From an uncultured Trueperaceae bacterium (GTDB lineage Bacteria > Deinococcota > Deinococci > Deinococcales > Trueperaceae), in contig CAWCXJ010000007.1 of the NCBI GenBank assembly GCA_963799485.1, positions 32,001-96,000 of the forward strand: a stretch of 64,000 nucleotides of DNA, in the 5' to 3' direction. The position numbers were made by a program, and so were the translations under genes. Below, piece after piece: positions 44,772-54,698 of this stretch; position 1 is the first letter of the stretch; every line of letters begins with the position of its first letter. The notes beneath the pieces were generated by a model. That model was not told the origin of the DNA. It saw only the letters and a program-made list of their open reading frames with translations, and did no database searches.

Positions 44772-45703
44772 AAGGTCACCTCGCCAGAGTTGGAGTTACG
44801 GCGCAGCACGCGCAAAAACAAGACGATGACGATGTTCGCCAAAATCACCGCAAAAATCCCGTAGGCGCTCGCGCGCCCGACGTTTTGCCGGGAAAAAGCC
44901 TCGAGAAAAATCTGGTAGGGCAGGTTCGTCGTCTGAATCCCCGGCCCGCCTGCGGTCGTCACGAAGATGGTACCGAACTCACTCAAGATAAAGATGGTTT
45001 CTAGCAGCAGCGCGATTTCAACGAATTGCCGCAGGTGCGGCAAGATGATGTGGCGAAACATGGTAAAGCCGCTTGCCCCGTCGATGCGGGCCGCCTCGGT
45101 CGTCGAGTCGGGCAAGGACTGGAGTCCGGCGAGCAAGATGAGCATCACAAAAGGTATCCACTGCCACGATACAATACCGATAACGGTCGCCATCGGAAAC
45201 GCCTCGAGCGCGTAAAAGTTGCGAATCCCCAAAAGACCCAGGTAGTACGAAAAAAAGCCGAAAGAAGGGTCTAGCATCACGTTTTTCCACAGCACCGCCG
45301 CAGCTACGGGCATCATCAAAAAGGGCGAGATGAGAAGCGTCCGGGCCAGCGCGCGCCCCGGGAAGGGGCGGTTTAAGAGGAGCGCGAACGCGAGCCCGCC
45401 GACGAAAGTAATGACCACGACCGCGACCGTCAGGACGACCGTGTTGATAATGACAGTTAAAAAGTCCGGGTTGGTCAGGATGCGCGAGTAATTGCGCCAC
45501 ATCCGGTCCCAACCGATAAAACCGGCTGAGTCGGGGCGCAAGAGGTTCCAGTTGGTAAACGAAAACCAGATGGCCAGTACAAAGGGAACCTGGGTGACGA
45601 TCACGAGAAACAGGAGTCCGGGAGCGGATAAGAACTTGCGCCGTTCGCCGGTCGGTTTTGTGCTTACGGCGGGTTCATCGGGGGTCATGGCTTGGGTTGC
45701 CAC
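44768..45703 (-). CDS. Polyol ABC permease (SmoF/MtlF-like)
   Basis: RTLLISPFLMMP, WQWIPF.MLILLAGLQS, EAARIDGA. Confidence 0.92.
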   Translation of the reverse strand: MATQAMTPDEPAVSTKPTGERRKFLSAPGLLFLVIVTQVPFVLAIWFSFTNWNLLRPDSAGFIGWDRMWRNYSRILTNPDFLTVIINTVVLTVAVVVITFVGGLAFALLLNRPFPGRALARTLLISPFLMMPVAAAVLWKNVMLDPSFGFFSYYLGLLGIRNFYALEAFPMATVIGIVSWQWIPFVMLILLAGLQSLPDSTTEAARIDGASGFTMFRHIILPHLRQFVEIALLLETIFILSEFGTIFVTTAGGPGIQTTNLPYQIFLEAFSRQNVGRASAYGIFAVILANIVIVLFLRVLRRNSNSGEVTL

Positions 45704-45920
45704 AGCTGCCTCCTCGAGTTACAGCGTTGGGTTGTGCAGGTTTTACGGGATGCGCGTACAAACGTGTTGGTTGATTTTACGGTGGTTAAACTTCGCTTTT
45801 TAGCGGTAAGGCTCGAGTCGATTTTTCAACCATCAACTGCAAACGGTTAAGCGTAGAAATTAAAGGGTGAGGTTTATGTACCCCACCCCTGCTGCCTAGA
45901 CGCGTGGGCTAAAGCCGGGT

Positions 45921-47235
45921 TTAGTAATAACCGGCGTCTATCATCGCGTTGTCGGCGATGTCCTGCGCACGGGCGAGGCCGGCGTCGACGCTCGTCCCAC
46001 CCGAGAGAATTTCGGAGACAATCTGCGCGACGTCGTTACCGATGCCCTGAAACTCGGGAATCTGTACGAACTGGACGCCGGGGGCGATCTGCGGCTGTGC
46101 GGTGGCGTCGTTCGGGTTGGCGCTTTCAATCGATTGCAGAACTAACGGCGCAAAGGGAGCGGCTTCGGTGTACTGCGGGTTTTCGTAGGTCGAGGTGCGG
46201 GTGCCGGGAGGAACAGCAGGCCCAGCCTTTATTTTCAGCGACAAGGTTGACGTACTCTTTCGAGGTCGCCCAGGTGATGAACTTGAAGGCGGCTTCTTGG
46301 GATTGGCTCGAGCTGGGAATCCCCAAGTTCCACGACCAGAGCCAGGCGTTGCCCTTGTCGACCGGGCCGACCGGCGCGAGCGCATAGGCCATGTTGGGGC
46401 CTTCGTCGGTTCCGGCTAAAAAGCCTGCGGCGACGGTCGCGTCGACCCACATCGCGGCCTGACCCGTAGACATGAGCTGCAGCGCTTCGGGGAAGCTGAT
46501 ACCGGTGACGCCGGGCGCGCCGCACTCGTTGACGAGATTTGCGTAAAAAGTAATCGCGTCTTTCCACGCCTGCGAGTCAAGCTGCGGGACGCCCTCGGCG
46601 TTAAACCACTGTCCGCCAAAGGTATTGACGACGGTGGTAATCGGGGCCATGTTGTCACCCCAACCGGGTTTACCGCGCAAGACGATGCCCGCGACGTTGT
46701 TTTGCGGGTCGTTAAGCTGGCAGGCAAATTCTTGAATCTGCTCCCAGGTGGGTTGTTCGGGCATCGTCAGACCGGCCTCGTCGAAAAGCCTTTTGTTGTA
46801 CATGGTAAAGCTCGACTCGGCGTAAAAGGGCAGCGCGTAGAGTTCGTCGTTGTACGAGTTGATCGCAGTGATGGCCGGGAGCAGGTCTTCGCGGTCGTAA
46901 CCCTCGGCGGCGGCGGGAAACTGCTCGGTCAGCGAGTCTATCGAAACGATCCAGTCGTTCGCGGCCCACAGCGGGGTTTCGTAGGCACCTACGGTAACAA
47001 CATCGAACGACCCTGAACCGGTTGCTACGTCGGTCGTCAGGCGGCTGCGAAGCGTGCCTTCGTCTAGAAAGAGCCACTCGAGCTTGATATCGGGGTTTTG
47101 CTGTTCGAAGGTCGTCGAAAGTTCTTGCATCGTGACCATGTCGGGGTTGTTGACCGAGGCAATCGTCAGCGTGGTCTGGGCCGAAGCTGCGGCGGCAAAG
47201 AGAAGTGCGGCGGTTCCTAAAACGAGTTTGTTCAT
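45921..47235 (-). CDS. Sorbitol/mannitol-type ABC substrate-binding protein (SmoE/MtlE-like); +1 frameshift near 46219
   Basis: IASVNN.DM..MQ, PFYAESS, LRGKPGWG.N, WLWSW, then VPPGTR.STY, IPEFQ.IG in the other frame. Confidence 0.9.
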
Positions 47236-47391
47236 CCATATCTCCTAGGACGTGCATGAGGGGCGTAAAACGACCTGAGCGTAACGACCTGAATGTGCAG
47301 TGGTCTTGCGACCGCCCTCCTTCCGAATTAGCGAACATCCAGCAGTATAAGCTGTCAGCGCTCGCTTTTCTACGATGGTCTCGTGACCATT

Positions 47392-47421
47392 ACTGTAGTA
47401 CAGCCTGTATAGACTTGTCAA
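47392..47421 (-). promoter_or_regulatory. Sigma70-like promoter of the polyol ABC operon
   Basis: Minus strand TTGACA-N18-TACAGT. Confidence 0.5.
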
Positions 47422-47491
47422 GTGTGTATAGCCTTATGAATATATTTACCAAACAGTTTCACTCATGATGCACGTCTGCTATAGTGGCCCC

Positions 47492-48505
47492 GTGGCCAAT
47501 ATCATCGACGTCGCGCGGCGTGCGGGCGTTTCATCCACCACGGCAAAACGTGCAATTCGTTCACCCGAACTGCTGGCACCCGAAACGCTGGCGCGCGTTC
47601 AACGCGCCGTCGCCGAACTCGGTTATGAACCCGATCAGGTCGCGGCGACGCTCCGGCGTGGGCAGAGCCGGACGGTCGGGCTGATCGTCGGCAACATCGT
47701 CGAGCCGTTTTTCGCCGGGTTGACGCGAACCGTTGGCAAGGCGCTCCGTGACGAGGGTTATACGCTGCTCGTTGCCGACAACGAGTACGATGTGGTCAAC
47801 GAGTTAGAGCAACTTAAAGCGTTTGCCGGCCTCCGCATCGCCGGACTTATCCTCCGTTCGGGTTACGGGACGCCGAATCTGGCGTATCTTCGCCGGATGC
47901 AGGCGCGCGGCACCGCAGTCGTCGAAATCGACTATATCTTTCCGGAAAGCCCCTTTAGCCATGTGATGCTCGACAACGAAGGGTGTGTTCGTACCGGGGT
48001 GGCGTATCTGGCAGCGCTCGGTCACAAACGTATCGCACCGCTCGGCAGCTTTCACAAAACGATTTTGCCCGATGAACGCACCCTCGCGTTTCCCAAGATG
48101 ATGGGGGAGTTGGGGCTCTCGGTGCCCTCTGAATATCAGCGGGTGATTCACCCGACCTCCCACAACGCTTACCGGCTTACCAAAGAGCTGATGGGGCTCT
48201 CCGAACCACCGACCGCGCTTTTTTCAACGACCGGCAACCTGGCGCTCGGCGCGTTTCGCGCACTTAAAGAGTTGGGTTTGCAGATTCCGCACGACGTGTC
48301 GCTGCTGAGTTTCGACGATTACCCCTGGACGCAAGTGGTAGACCCCCCGCTGGACGTTATCGCACAGCCGGTCGAGGCGATGGGCGAGGCGGCGGCGAGG
48401 TTTGTAGTGCAAGAAATCAAGAATCCCGGACGTCCACCCGAACGGCTGCGCCTGAGTGGAACGCTGATTCGGCGGGGGAGCTGCATAAGGCTGCCTGGGT
48501 CGTAA
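47492..48505 (+). CDS. LacI family transcriptional regulator
   Basis: NIIDVARRAGVS HTH; SLLSFDD; TATAGT-N6-GTG start. Confidence 0.93.
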   Translation: MANIIDVARRAGVSSTTAKRAIRSPELLAPETLARVQRAVAELGYEPDQVAATLRRGQSRTVGLIVGNIVEPFFAGLTRTVGKALRDEGYTLLVADNEYDVVNELEQLKAFAGLRIAGLILRSGYGTPNLAYLRRMQARGTAVVEIDYIFPESPFSHVMLDNEGCVRTGVAYLAALGHKRIAPLGSFHKTILPDERTLAFPKMMGELGLSVPSEYQRVIHPTSHNAYRLTKELMGLSEPPTALFSTTGNLALGAFRALKELGLQIPHDVSLLSFDDYPWTQVVDPPLDVIAQPVEAMGEAAARFVVQEIKNPGRPPERLRLSGTLIRRGSCIRLPGS

Positions 48506-48540
48506 ACGCTGCGCCTTGTAGCCTTTTTCGCCAAGCAGGT

Positions 48541-48643
48541 AGGCGATTGCAGGTGTGCGAACAGGGTCGGCTCCAAACCAACAGCCCGCACTGGACAAGA
48601 CTGTCCCCGAAGCGTCGGCAGGAGCGTTTGACATCTATCGCCT
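48541..48643. ncRNA. Candidate structured RNA or palindromic element, family not recognised
   Basis: Ends AGGCGAT/ATCGCCT pair; internal hairpins GGACA/TGTCC and CCGA/TCGG. Confidence 0.25.
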
Positions 48644-48772
48644 CGAGCGCTGCGTATCTATACGGCTGATTCGGTAGCCCCTATCTGAGCCGTCATCTGT
48701 CAACGGCCTTAGAACCCTGAAAAGGCGAGACGAACACTGTTTAGACCTTATACCGCTTATGCTTCATTTATC

Positions 48773-50050
48773 ATGACCGATACACGCCACGCTTCACAAG
48801 CCTCCTCACACGCCACGAAACAACCTGCAGCGCACGCCGCCGGTTGCCCGTTCCATCACCCTGAAGGTGTGTCTGAACGTAAAAGCAGCCGCCCCGGAGA
48901 ATCACTAACCCCCGCCTACGAAGTGACGCAGAGCGCTAAAGGCGAACGCTGGACGGTACGCTCGTTTGCGCTGGTCAGGACCATTTTGCGCGACCCCGAA
49001 GCGACCAAACAAGCCGGTTTCGGCGCGGAGGTCACGGCGCAGGCGACGAGCAAGATGCGTCCGCCAATTTTGTATCTGGAAGGCCCCGAACACAAATCAC
49101 AACGTACCGCGACCGCCCGCTTTTTTACGCCGCAAACCGTCAGCAAAAGCTACCGCGAGATGATGGAAGCGCTGGCCGACGAGCTGATAGACACGCTCAA
49201 ACGCCGTAAAAGTGCCGACCTGAGCCAGCTCAGTATGCGCCTTGCGACGCGAGTTGCGGCCCAAGTTGTCGGTCTGACAAACTCGTCGATTACGGGAATG
49301 AGCGGTCGCCTCAACACGTTTTTCGAGGGCGACCCGACCGAGTTTTCGTGGCGGCCCGATAAACTCTGGCGCTTCGTTCAGACGCAGAGCGCGCTGTTCC
49401 GCTTTTTTTACCAGGATGTCAAGCCAGCCATCCGCGCACGCCGTAAAAAGCCGGGTGAGGACGTCATCAGTCACCTGCTCGGCAAGGGCTACACCGATTT
49501 TGAAATCCTGACCGAATGCGTGACCTACGCCGCCGCCGGGATGGTGACGACCCGCGAGTTTATCGTGATGGCGTCGTGGCACCTGCTCGAAAACGATACT
49601 TTACGGGAGACTTACGTGAACGCCGACGAAGGGGAGCGGCAGAACATCCTGCAGGAGATTTTACGGCTCGAGCCCGTTGTCGGACATCTCTACCGCCGCG
49701 CTGCCAAGACGCTGACGTTAGAGCATGAGGGCAAAACGTTTACGATTCCGGCGGGCGCACTGATCGACCTCGATGTGCGGGCTGCCAACGCCGACGCGCA
49801 AACCGTCGGTGAAGAACCCTTGCAGCTCTGCCCCGCTCGGCCTTTAGAGCGCGGCGTTCAGGGCGCAGTCATGAGTTTCGGCGACGGCCACCACCGCTGC
49901 CCCGGCGCGTACATCGCCCTGCAAGAGAGCGACATCTTTTTGACCCGGTTATTCAAGCTCCCGCTTACGGCTGAACGAGCGCCGAAACTCGAGTGGAACG
50001 AACTCGTGACCGGCTACGAGTTGGGCGGCTTGGTCGTTCGGACAGCCTAG
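48773..50050 (+). CDS. Cytochrome P450
   Basis: SFGDGHHRCPG haem motif, EILR (ExxR), I-helix AAGMVTT. Confidence 0.95.
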   Translation: MTDTRHASQASSHATKQPAAHAAGCPFHHPEGVSERKSSRPGESLTPAYEVTQSAKGERWTVRSFALVRTILRDPEATKQAGFGAEVTAQATSKMRPPILYLEGPEHKSQRTATARFFTPQTVSKSYREMMEALADELIDTLKRRKSADLSQLSMRLATRVAAQVVGLTNSSITGMSGRLNTFFEGDPTEFSWRPDKLWRFVQTQSALFRFFYQDVKPAIRARRKKPGEDVISHLLGKGYTDFEILTECVTYAAAGMVTTREFIVMASWHLLENDTLRETYVNADEGERQNILQEILRLEPVVGHLYRRAAKTLTLEHEGKTFTIPAGALIDLDVRAANADAQTVGEEPLQLCPARPLERGVQGAVMSFGDGHHRCPGAYIALQESDIFLTRLFKLPLTAERAPKLEWNELVTGYELGGLVVRTA

Positions 50051-50469
50051 TCCGTCCCGCCGTCTTGCCAACCCACCTTGCTGTGGGTTCCGTCGCAAAA
50101 GGGTTTGTTGCTGCTCTGACCACAGCGGCAGAGGGCGGCCCTCGTTTCTTGCAGTTCACCTTCCGGTGTCTCGATACTTAGTCTCCCCCGGATGACAAGC
50201 GGCCCGTCCGGTTGCGGGGTTATCTGCGTCGTCTCGTCGCCGGTTTCTTCCTGGCCTGAAAGCGCGTAGTGGAGCGCCCCGGTCGGGCAGCGGCGCACCA
50301 CTTCGGCAACCTTTTCGGCGGCGGCGTGGTCGGGTTGAATCCACGGACGCTTATCGGTATCGAACACTTCCGGCAGGCCGCGCACACACTCAGCGACGTG
50401 CAGACAGCGCCGCGCCGCAAAGAAGACGGTAATATCTTCGCCTTTATACGCTTTTCCGGGCGCGCTCAC
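50047..50469 (-). CDS. Divergent 4Fe-4S (YjdI-like) plus CDGSH iron-sulfur domain protein
   Basis: CLHVAECV..LP.VF...PWI.PD...CPTGAL; LCRCG.S.NKPFCDGTH. Confidence 0.92.
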   Translation of the reverse strand: MSAPGKAYKGEDITVFFAARRCLHVAECVRGLPEVFDTDKRPWIQPDHAAAEKVAEVVRRCPTGALHYALSGQEETGDETTQITPQPDGPLVIRGRLSIETPEGELQETRAALCRCGQSSNKPFCDGTHSKVGWQDGGTD

Positions 50470-50792
50470 GCTTCACGCTCGAACTGGCGGCGGCTCACCG
50501 GGCTCAAAAGGTCTTGATAGTCTTTATGACGACGCATAAAAGCGGCAACGAAGGGGCAGAGCGGGATAACAGTAAGCCCCTGCGCCCGCACGTCGTCGAG
50601 CGCCCCGCGTGCGAGGGCGCTGCCGACCCCTTGCCCCTCTAAAGCTTCCGGCACTTCCGTGTGCGTAAACATCACGGCGTTGGCAAGGCGGTTGTATTCG
50701 GACACGGCGAGCTGTCCGTCCACCGTGAGTTCATAACGGGTACGGTCGTCGTTGCGTCTGACCTGGCTAGAATCAACGTCTGGCATGTTCAA
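50466..50792 (-). CDS. GNAT-like acetyltransferase (YjdJ type)
   Basis: FTHTEVP..LEGQG.GS.L, IPLCPFV. Confidence 0.9.
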   Translation of the reverse strand: MNMPDVDSSQVRRNDDRTRYELTVDGQLAVSEYNRLANAVMFTHTEVPEALEGQGVGSALARGALDDVRAQGLTVIPLCPFVAAFMRRHKDYQDLLSPVSRRQFEREA

Positions 50793-51723
50793 CCTCCAGA
50801 GGTTTCAAGTTCGCTTCGATGTCGGCGCGGCGGCCCTCTAAAAAAGGCGGCAGCGAAAGTTTCTCCCCGAGTGACCCTAACGGTTCATCCGCCGTAAAAC
50901 CGGGGCCGTCGGTGGCGAGCTCGAGCAGTACCCCGTTCGGTTCGCGGTAGTAGATGCTCCGAAAATAGTAACGTTCGACCTCGCCGCTCGTCGCTAGGCC
51001 AAGATTTTTTAGGTGCTCGTCCCACGCGTGAACATCCTCGTCACGAATCCGAAAAGCGACGTGATGTACCCCGCCGGCACCGGGCCGGTGCGGGGGCAAC
51101 GACGCGTTGACCAGAAGCTGCACTTCGCCTTGCGGCCCGGGAGCGTTCATCGTAAAGACGTGCGTTTCGCCGTCCGGCCCCGAATACGTCCGCACCTTTT
51201 CCATACCGTAAGCCCGCTCTAAAATCTGACCGGTCGGAAACAGCCCCGGTACGGTAAGCGTCACCGGCCCCAATCCCATAATCTGGTGTTCCGGCGAGAC
51301 CGTGTTGTCAACCGGATGGGCTGAAACGCCGTCCGTTTCAACCAGACTGAGACGTTGCCCTTCAGGGTCTTCAAAGTCGAGTATCGTGCGCCCGTCGCGC
51401 GAAGCAGGCGTCACTTTAATCCCCTGCTCTTTGAGGCGGTCCGTCCACCACGCTGCGCTACCTTTTGGAATACGAAGACCGGTGCGGGTGACGCTGTTAT
51501 TGCCGCGCCGCTCCCGCGCAGCAGGCCAGTCGAAAAAGGTGATATCGCTGCCGGGGCTGCCCGCGCCGTCGGCATAAAACAGGTGATAGGCGCGCACGTC
51601 GTCTTGGTTGACGGTCTTTTTAACCAGCCGTAAACCGAGAACTCTGGTGTAAAAGGCAACGTTTTCGGCAGCGCACGCAGTAACGGCGGTGAGATGGTGG
51701 ATTCCGTGGACACGTAAGCTCAT
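50773..51723 (-). CDS. Ring-cleaving dioxygenase/glyoxalase (MhqO-like, VOC)
   Basis: [47 protein letters not shown]. Confidence 0.93.
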   Translation of the reverse strand: MSLRVHGIHHLTAVTACAAENVAFYTRVLGLRLVKKTVNQDDVRAYHLFYADGAGSPGSDITFFDWPAARERRGNNSVTRTGLRIPKGSAAWWTDRLKEQGIKVTPASRDGRTILDFEDPEGQRLSLVETDGVSAHPVDNTVSPEHQIMGLGPVTLTVPGLFPTGQILERAYGMEKVRTYSGPDGETHVFTMNAPGPQGEVQLLVNASLPPHRPGAGGVHHVAFRIRDEDVHAWDEHLKNLGLATSGEVERYYFRSIYYREPNGVLLELATDGPGFTADEPLGSLGEKLSLPPFLEGRRADIEANLKPLEVEHARR

Positions 51724-51751
51724 AGAGCCTCCTCAACTAAGCTTAGAGTAG

Positions 51752-51764
51752 TACATATTATGTA
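51752..51764. promoter_or_regulatory. Palindromic operator candidate TACATA-N-TATGTA
   Basis: Perfect 6-1-6 palindrome about 30 bp upstream of the dioxygenase start. Confidence 0.45.
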
Positions 51765-52060
51765 GTGAAAACGTAGTCCAAAGAGCAAGTCGGTTTTACG
51801 CTACCTTGCGCCAAGGCTTGAGATGATGCCCGGATCAACCTCCTGAGAAAATATGGATAGTCACAACCTATACCGTAAACAGCTACGACGAACCGCTGCT
51901 ATTCTTGAAAATGTCCGGCAACCGTACCGCAAGGCAGGAATTCGGAGGCTTTTTTGGCTTATGGTAAAAAGATGAATTTTTACCGTGGGTTATGGTCTCC
52001 ATACGCTAAGGCTGCCCCAAGTCAGCGCGCGAGGTCTGAGTTACATTGGCTCGAGACACA

Positions 52061-53686
52061 ATGAACCGCGACGCTCAGCTCGGGAAACTGCAAGATGAAA
52101 CTTTCGACGTTCTGGTCATCGGCGGCGGCGCGACCGGTGCCGGGATTGCGCTCGAGGCCGCCAGCCGGGGGCTTAAAACCGCGCTGGTCGAACGCGACGA
52201 CTTTTCTGCCGGGAGCAGCAGCCGCTCGACCAAACTCGTTCACGGCGGGGTGCGCTACTTGGAGCAGGCCGTAAAACGGCTCGACCGCACGCAGTTTAAC
52301 CTGGTGCGCGACGCCCTCAAAGAACGCGCCATTTTGCTCAAGATTGCGCCGCACCTGGCGCACCCGCTGCCCATCCTGACGCCCTTATACAGCTGGTTTC
52401 AGATTCCTTACATGATGACCGGCCTCAAAATGTACGACGCCCTCGCGGGCCGCGCCAACCTGAGGAGCAGCCGTTTTGTCGGTCGTGAGGAGGCCCTTAA
52501 ACGCTTTCCGATGCTCAAAAAAGCGGGTTTACGGGGCGCAGTCTTGTATTACGACGGACAGTTCGACGACGCCCGGATGAACGTCTCGCTGGCGCTGACT
52601 GCCGCCGAAGAGGGTGCCGCTGTCGGCAATCACCTCGAGGTCACAGCTCTACTTAAATCCGGCAAACAGCTCAGCGGCGCGTCGGTGCGCGACACCTTGA
52701 CCGGCAAAACTTGGGGCGTCCGGGCCAAAACCGTAATCAACGCGACCGGCCCCTTTGCCGACGCCATTCGCCAGCTCGACGACCCCGGCGCGTCGCCGAT
52801 GCTGACCGCCAGCTCCGGCGTCCATATCGTGCTGGACAAACGCTTTTCGCCCCCCGATACGGGCCTGCTTATCCCCCAAACCGACGACGGACGTGTCCTC
52901 TTTTTGCTGCCGTGGCTCGGGTACACGCTTTTCGGAACCACCGACAACCCTGCCGCCATCGAAGCAAATCCCGAACCCCGCGAAGACGATATCGACTATC
53001 TGCTCTCTTACCTGAAACGCTATTTCAACGTCCCGGCAACTAAAGACGACGTTCTGGCTACCTGGTCGGGGCTCCGCCCGCTCGTTGCCGACCCCGAAGC
53101 GGCGGATACGGCGAAGCTTTCACGCGACCACGTAATTAACACCAGCGACTCGGGACTGATTACGATTGCCGGCGGCAAATGGACGACTTACCGTAAAATG
53201 GCGCGCGATACCGTTGCCGAGGCGCTTAAAGTCGGCAAATTGCAGGCGAGCGCGTCGCGTACCGACAATCTCAAACTCGTCGGGGCCGAGGCATATGACC
53301 CGGACGGTGCTGTCTCGCTCAGACGCCAATATGGTCTCGAGGCGGACGTTGCCGAATACTTAAACCGCGCTTACGGCGACCGGGCCGTCAAAATCGCCGA
53401 ACACGCCGTAAAACACCCCAAACGTTTGGTCGAGGGACATCCGCATCTGGAAGCTGAGGTTATCTACAGCGCCACACAAGAAGGTGCTTGTACTGCCGTG
53501 GATTTCTTGGCACGCCGCACCCGGTTGGCATTTTTAGACCAACAGGCGGCGTTAGCGGCGCTTCCCAAGGTCATTAAGCTGATGAGCGAAACGCTTTCGT
53601 GGGATGAGGCCAGAAAACAGCGGGAGCAGCAGGAAGCTGAAGCTTATCTCGTCAAACCCAAACAAGCGCCGGTCACGGCGGCGTAA
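52061..53686 (+). CDS. glpD: FAD-dependent glycerol-3-phosphate dehydrogenase
   Basis: IGGGATG, SSRSTKLVHGGVRYL, DGQFDDAR, GLRPL, GGKWTTYR. Confidence 0.93.
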   Translation: MNRDAQLGKLQDETFDVLVIGGGATGAGIALEAASRGLKTALVERDDFSAGSSSRSTKLVHGGVRYLEQAVKRLDRTQFNLVRDALKERAILLKIAPHLAHPLPILTPLYSWFQIPYMMTGLKMYDALAGRANLRSSRFVGREEALKRFPMLKKAGLRGAVLYYDGQFDDARMNVSLALTAAEEGAAVGNHLEVTALLKSGKQLSGASVRDTLTGKTWGVRAKTVINATGPFADAIRQLDDPGASPMLTASSGVHIVLDKRFSPPDTGLLIPQTDDGRVLFLLPWLGYTLFGTTDNPAAIEANPEPREDDIDYLLSYLKRYFNVPATKDDVLATWSGLRPLVADPEAADTAKLSRDHVINTSDSGLITIAGGKWTTYRKMARDTVAEALKVGKLQASASRTDNLKLVGAEAYDPDGAVSLRRQYGLEADVAEYLNRAYGDRAVKIAEHAVKHPKRLVEGHPHLEAEVIYSATQEGACTAVDFLARRTRLAFLDQQAALAALPKVIKLMSETLSWDEARKQREQQEAEAYLVKPKQAPVTAA

Positions 53687-53693
53687 CATTTAG

Positions 53694-54398
53694 CTAAGCC
53701 GATACACCGAAAAACGAGCCGACGAGCGCGGTGAGCGCCATTGCCACCGCGCCCCACAACGTAACCCGGAGCGCACCCCTGACCACAGACGCGCCGCCTG
53801 CGAAACCTGCCAGACCCCCGAGGAGCAGCAGGGATAGCAGTGTAGCAGCAGCCACCCCCCAAATAGCAAACGCTGCCGGAACGACGAGCGCACTCAGCAG
53901 CGGGATCGCCGCACCCAAGAAAAAGGCACTCGCGGAGGAGAAGGCAGCTTGAATAGGTCTGGCGCGCAGCGTTTCGGTAATTCCCAGCTCGTCGCGGGTA
54001 TGGGCACCAAGCGCGTCATGCGCCGTAAGCTGCTCGGCAACGCGGCGCGCTAGCTGCTCGTCTAGGCCGCGGTCGGTGTAGATTGCGGCAAGCTCTTCGA
54101 GTTCATCCTCAGGGTTTTCCGCGAGTTCTCGGCGTTCGGTCGCAAGGTCGGCCTTTTCGGTATCGACTTGAGACTGTACCGACACATATTCACCCGCTGC
54201 CATCGACATAGCTCCGGCTACCGTAGCGGCAACCCCCGCCAGAAGTATATCCGCCGGGGTTGTACCGCTCGCAGCGGCTACACCGACAACGACGCTAGCT
54301 ACCGAGACAGCACCATCATTCGCCCCGAGAACAGCGGCGCGAAGCCAGCCGATACGTTCAGACTTGTGCCTTTCCTGGTGCGGGTAATTTGCCCTCAT
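53694..54398 (-). CDS. VIT1/CCC1 family Fe/Mn transporter
   Basis: WLRAAVLGANDG, SMAAGEYVSV.SQ. Confidence 0.93.
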   Translation of the reverse strand: MRANYPHQERHKSERIGWLRAAVLGANDGAVSVASVVVGVAAASGTTPADILLAGVAATVAGAMSMAAGEYVSVQSQVDTEKADLATERRELAENPEDELEELAAIYTDRGLDEQLARRVAEQLTAHDALGAHTRDELGITETLRARPIQAAFSSASAFFLGAAIPLLSALVVPAAFAIWGVAAATLLSLLLLGGLAGFAGGASVVRGALRVTLWGAVAMALTALVGSFFGVSA

Positions 54399-54458
54399 TT
54401 TTGGCCTCCCAGCGCCAAGTTTGTCGCAACACAGCCAGATTGGGGAGTAAGGAGACGG

Positions 54459-54686
54459 TTATTTCTCCTGCCACCGCCCCGAATCGTCCTTTTCGTAGGT
54501 CTGCCCGACTGCCGACCACGCCACCCGGTGCGAGGTCTCTTCTCGCGAGGCGTCGCCCCGGCGCTCATCGGGGTCTTTGTATTCGTCCCAGGCGCTGTTG
54601 TAGGCGGCGCGGTAGATTTCCTGTGCGTGTTTGGGCAGGTTGTCCCGCACCGAACCCGGCAAGTCGCTCAAATTTTCGTACGGCAT
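54459..54686 (-). CDS. chaB: ChaB family protein
   Basis: MPY...DLP.SV..LP.HAQEIY..A.NSAW, H.VAWSAV...YEK. Confidence 0.93.
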   Translation of the reverse strand: MPYENLSDLPGSVRDNLPKHAQEIYRAAYNSAWDEYKDPDERRGDASREETSHRVAWSAVGQTYEKDDSGRWQEK

Positions 54687-54698
54687 CTTCAGCCCCCT

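Noticed and set aside
20562..45890. Hairpins following binding-protein genes (20562-20591, about 38576-38627, about 45864-45890)
   Set aside because: Ordinary mRNA-stabilising or attenuating stems in ABC operons.
48530..48600. tRNA suggested by the antisense translation GLEPT
   Set aside because: No TTCRA T-loop, D-loop GG context or 7-bp acceptor stem at tRNA spacing.
51912..51956. Small GCAA-loop stems upstream of glpD as a riboswitch
   Set aside because: Stems are only 2-4 bp and match no riboswitch consensus I can recall.
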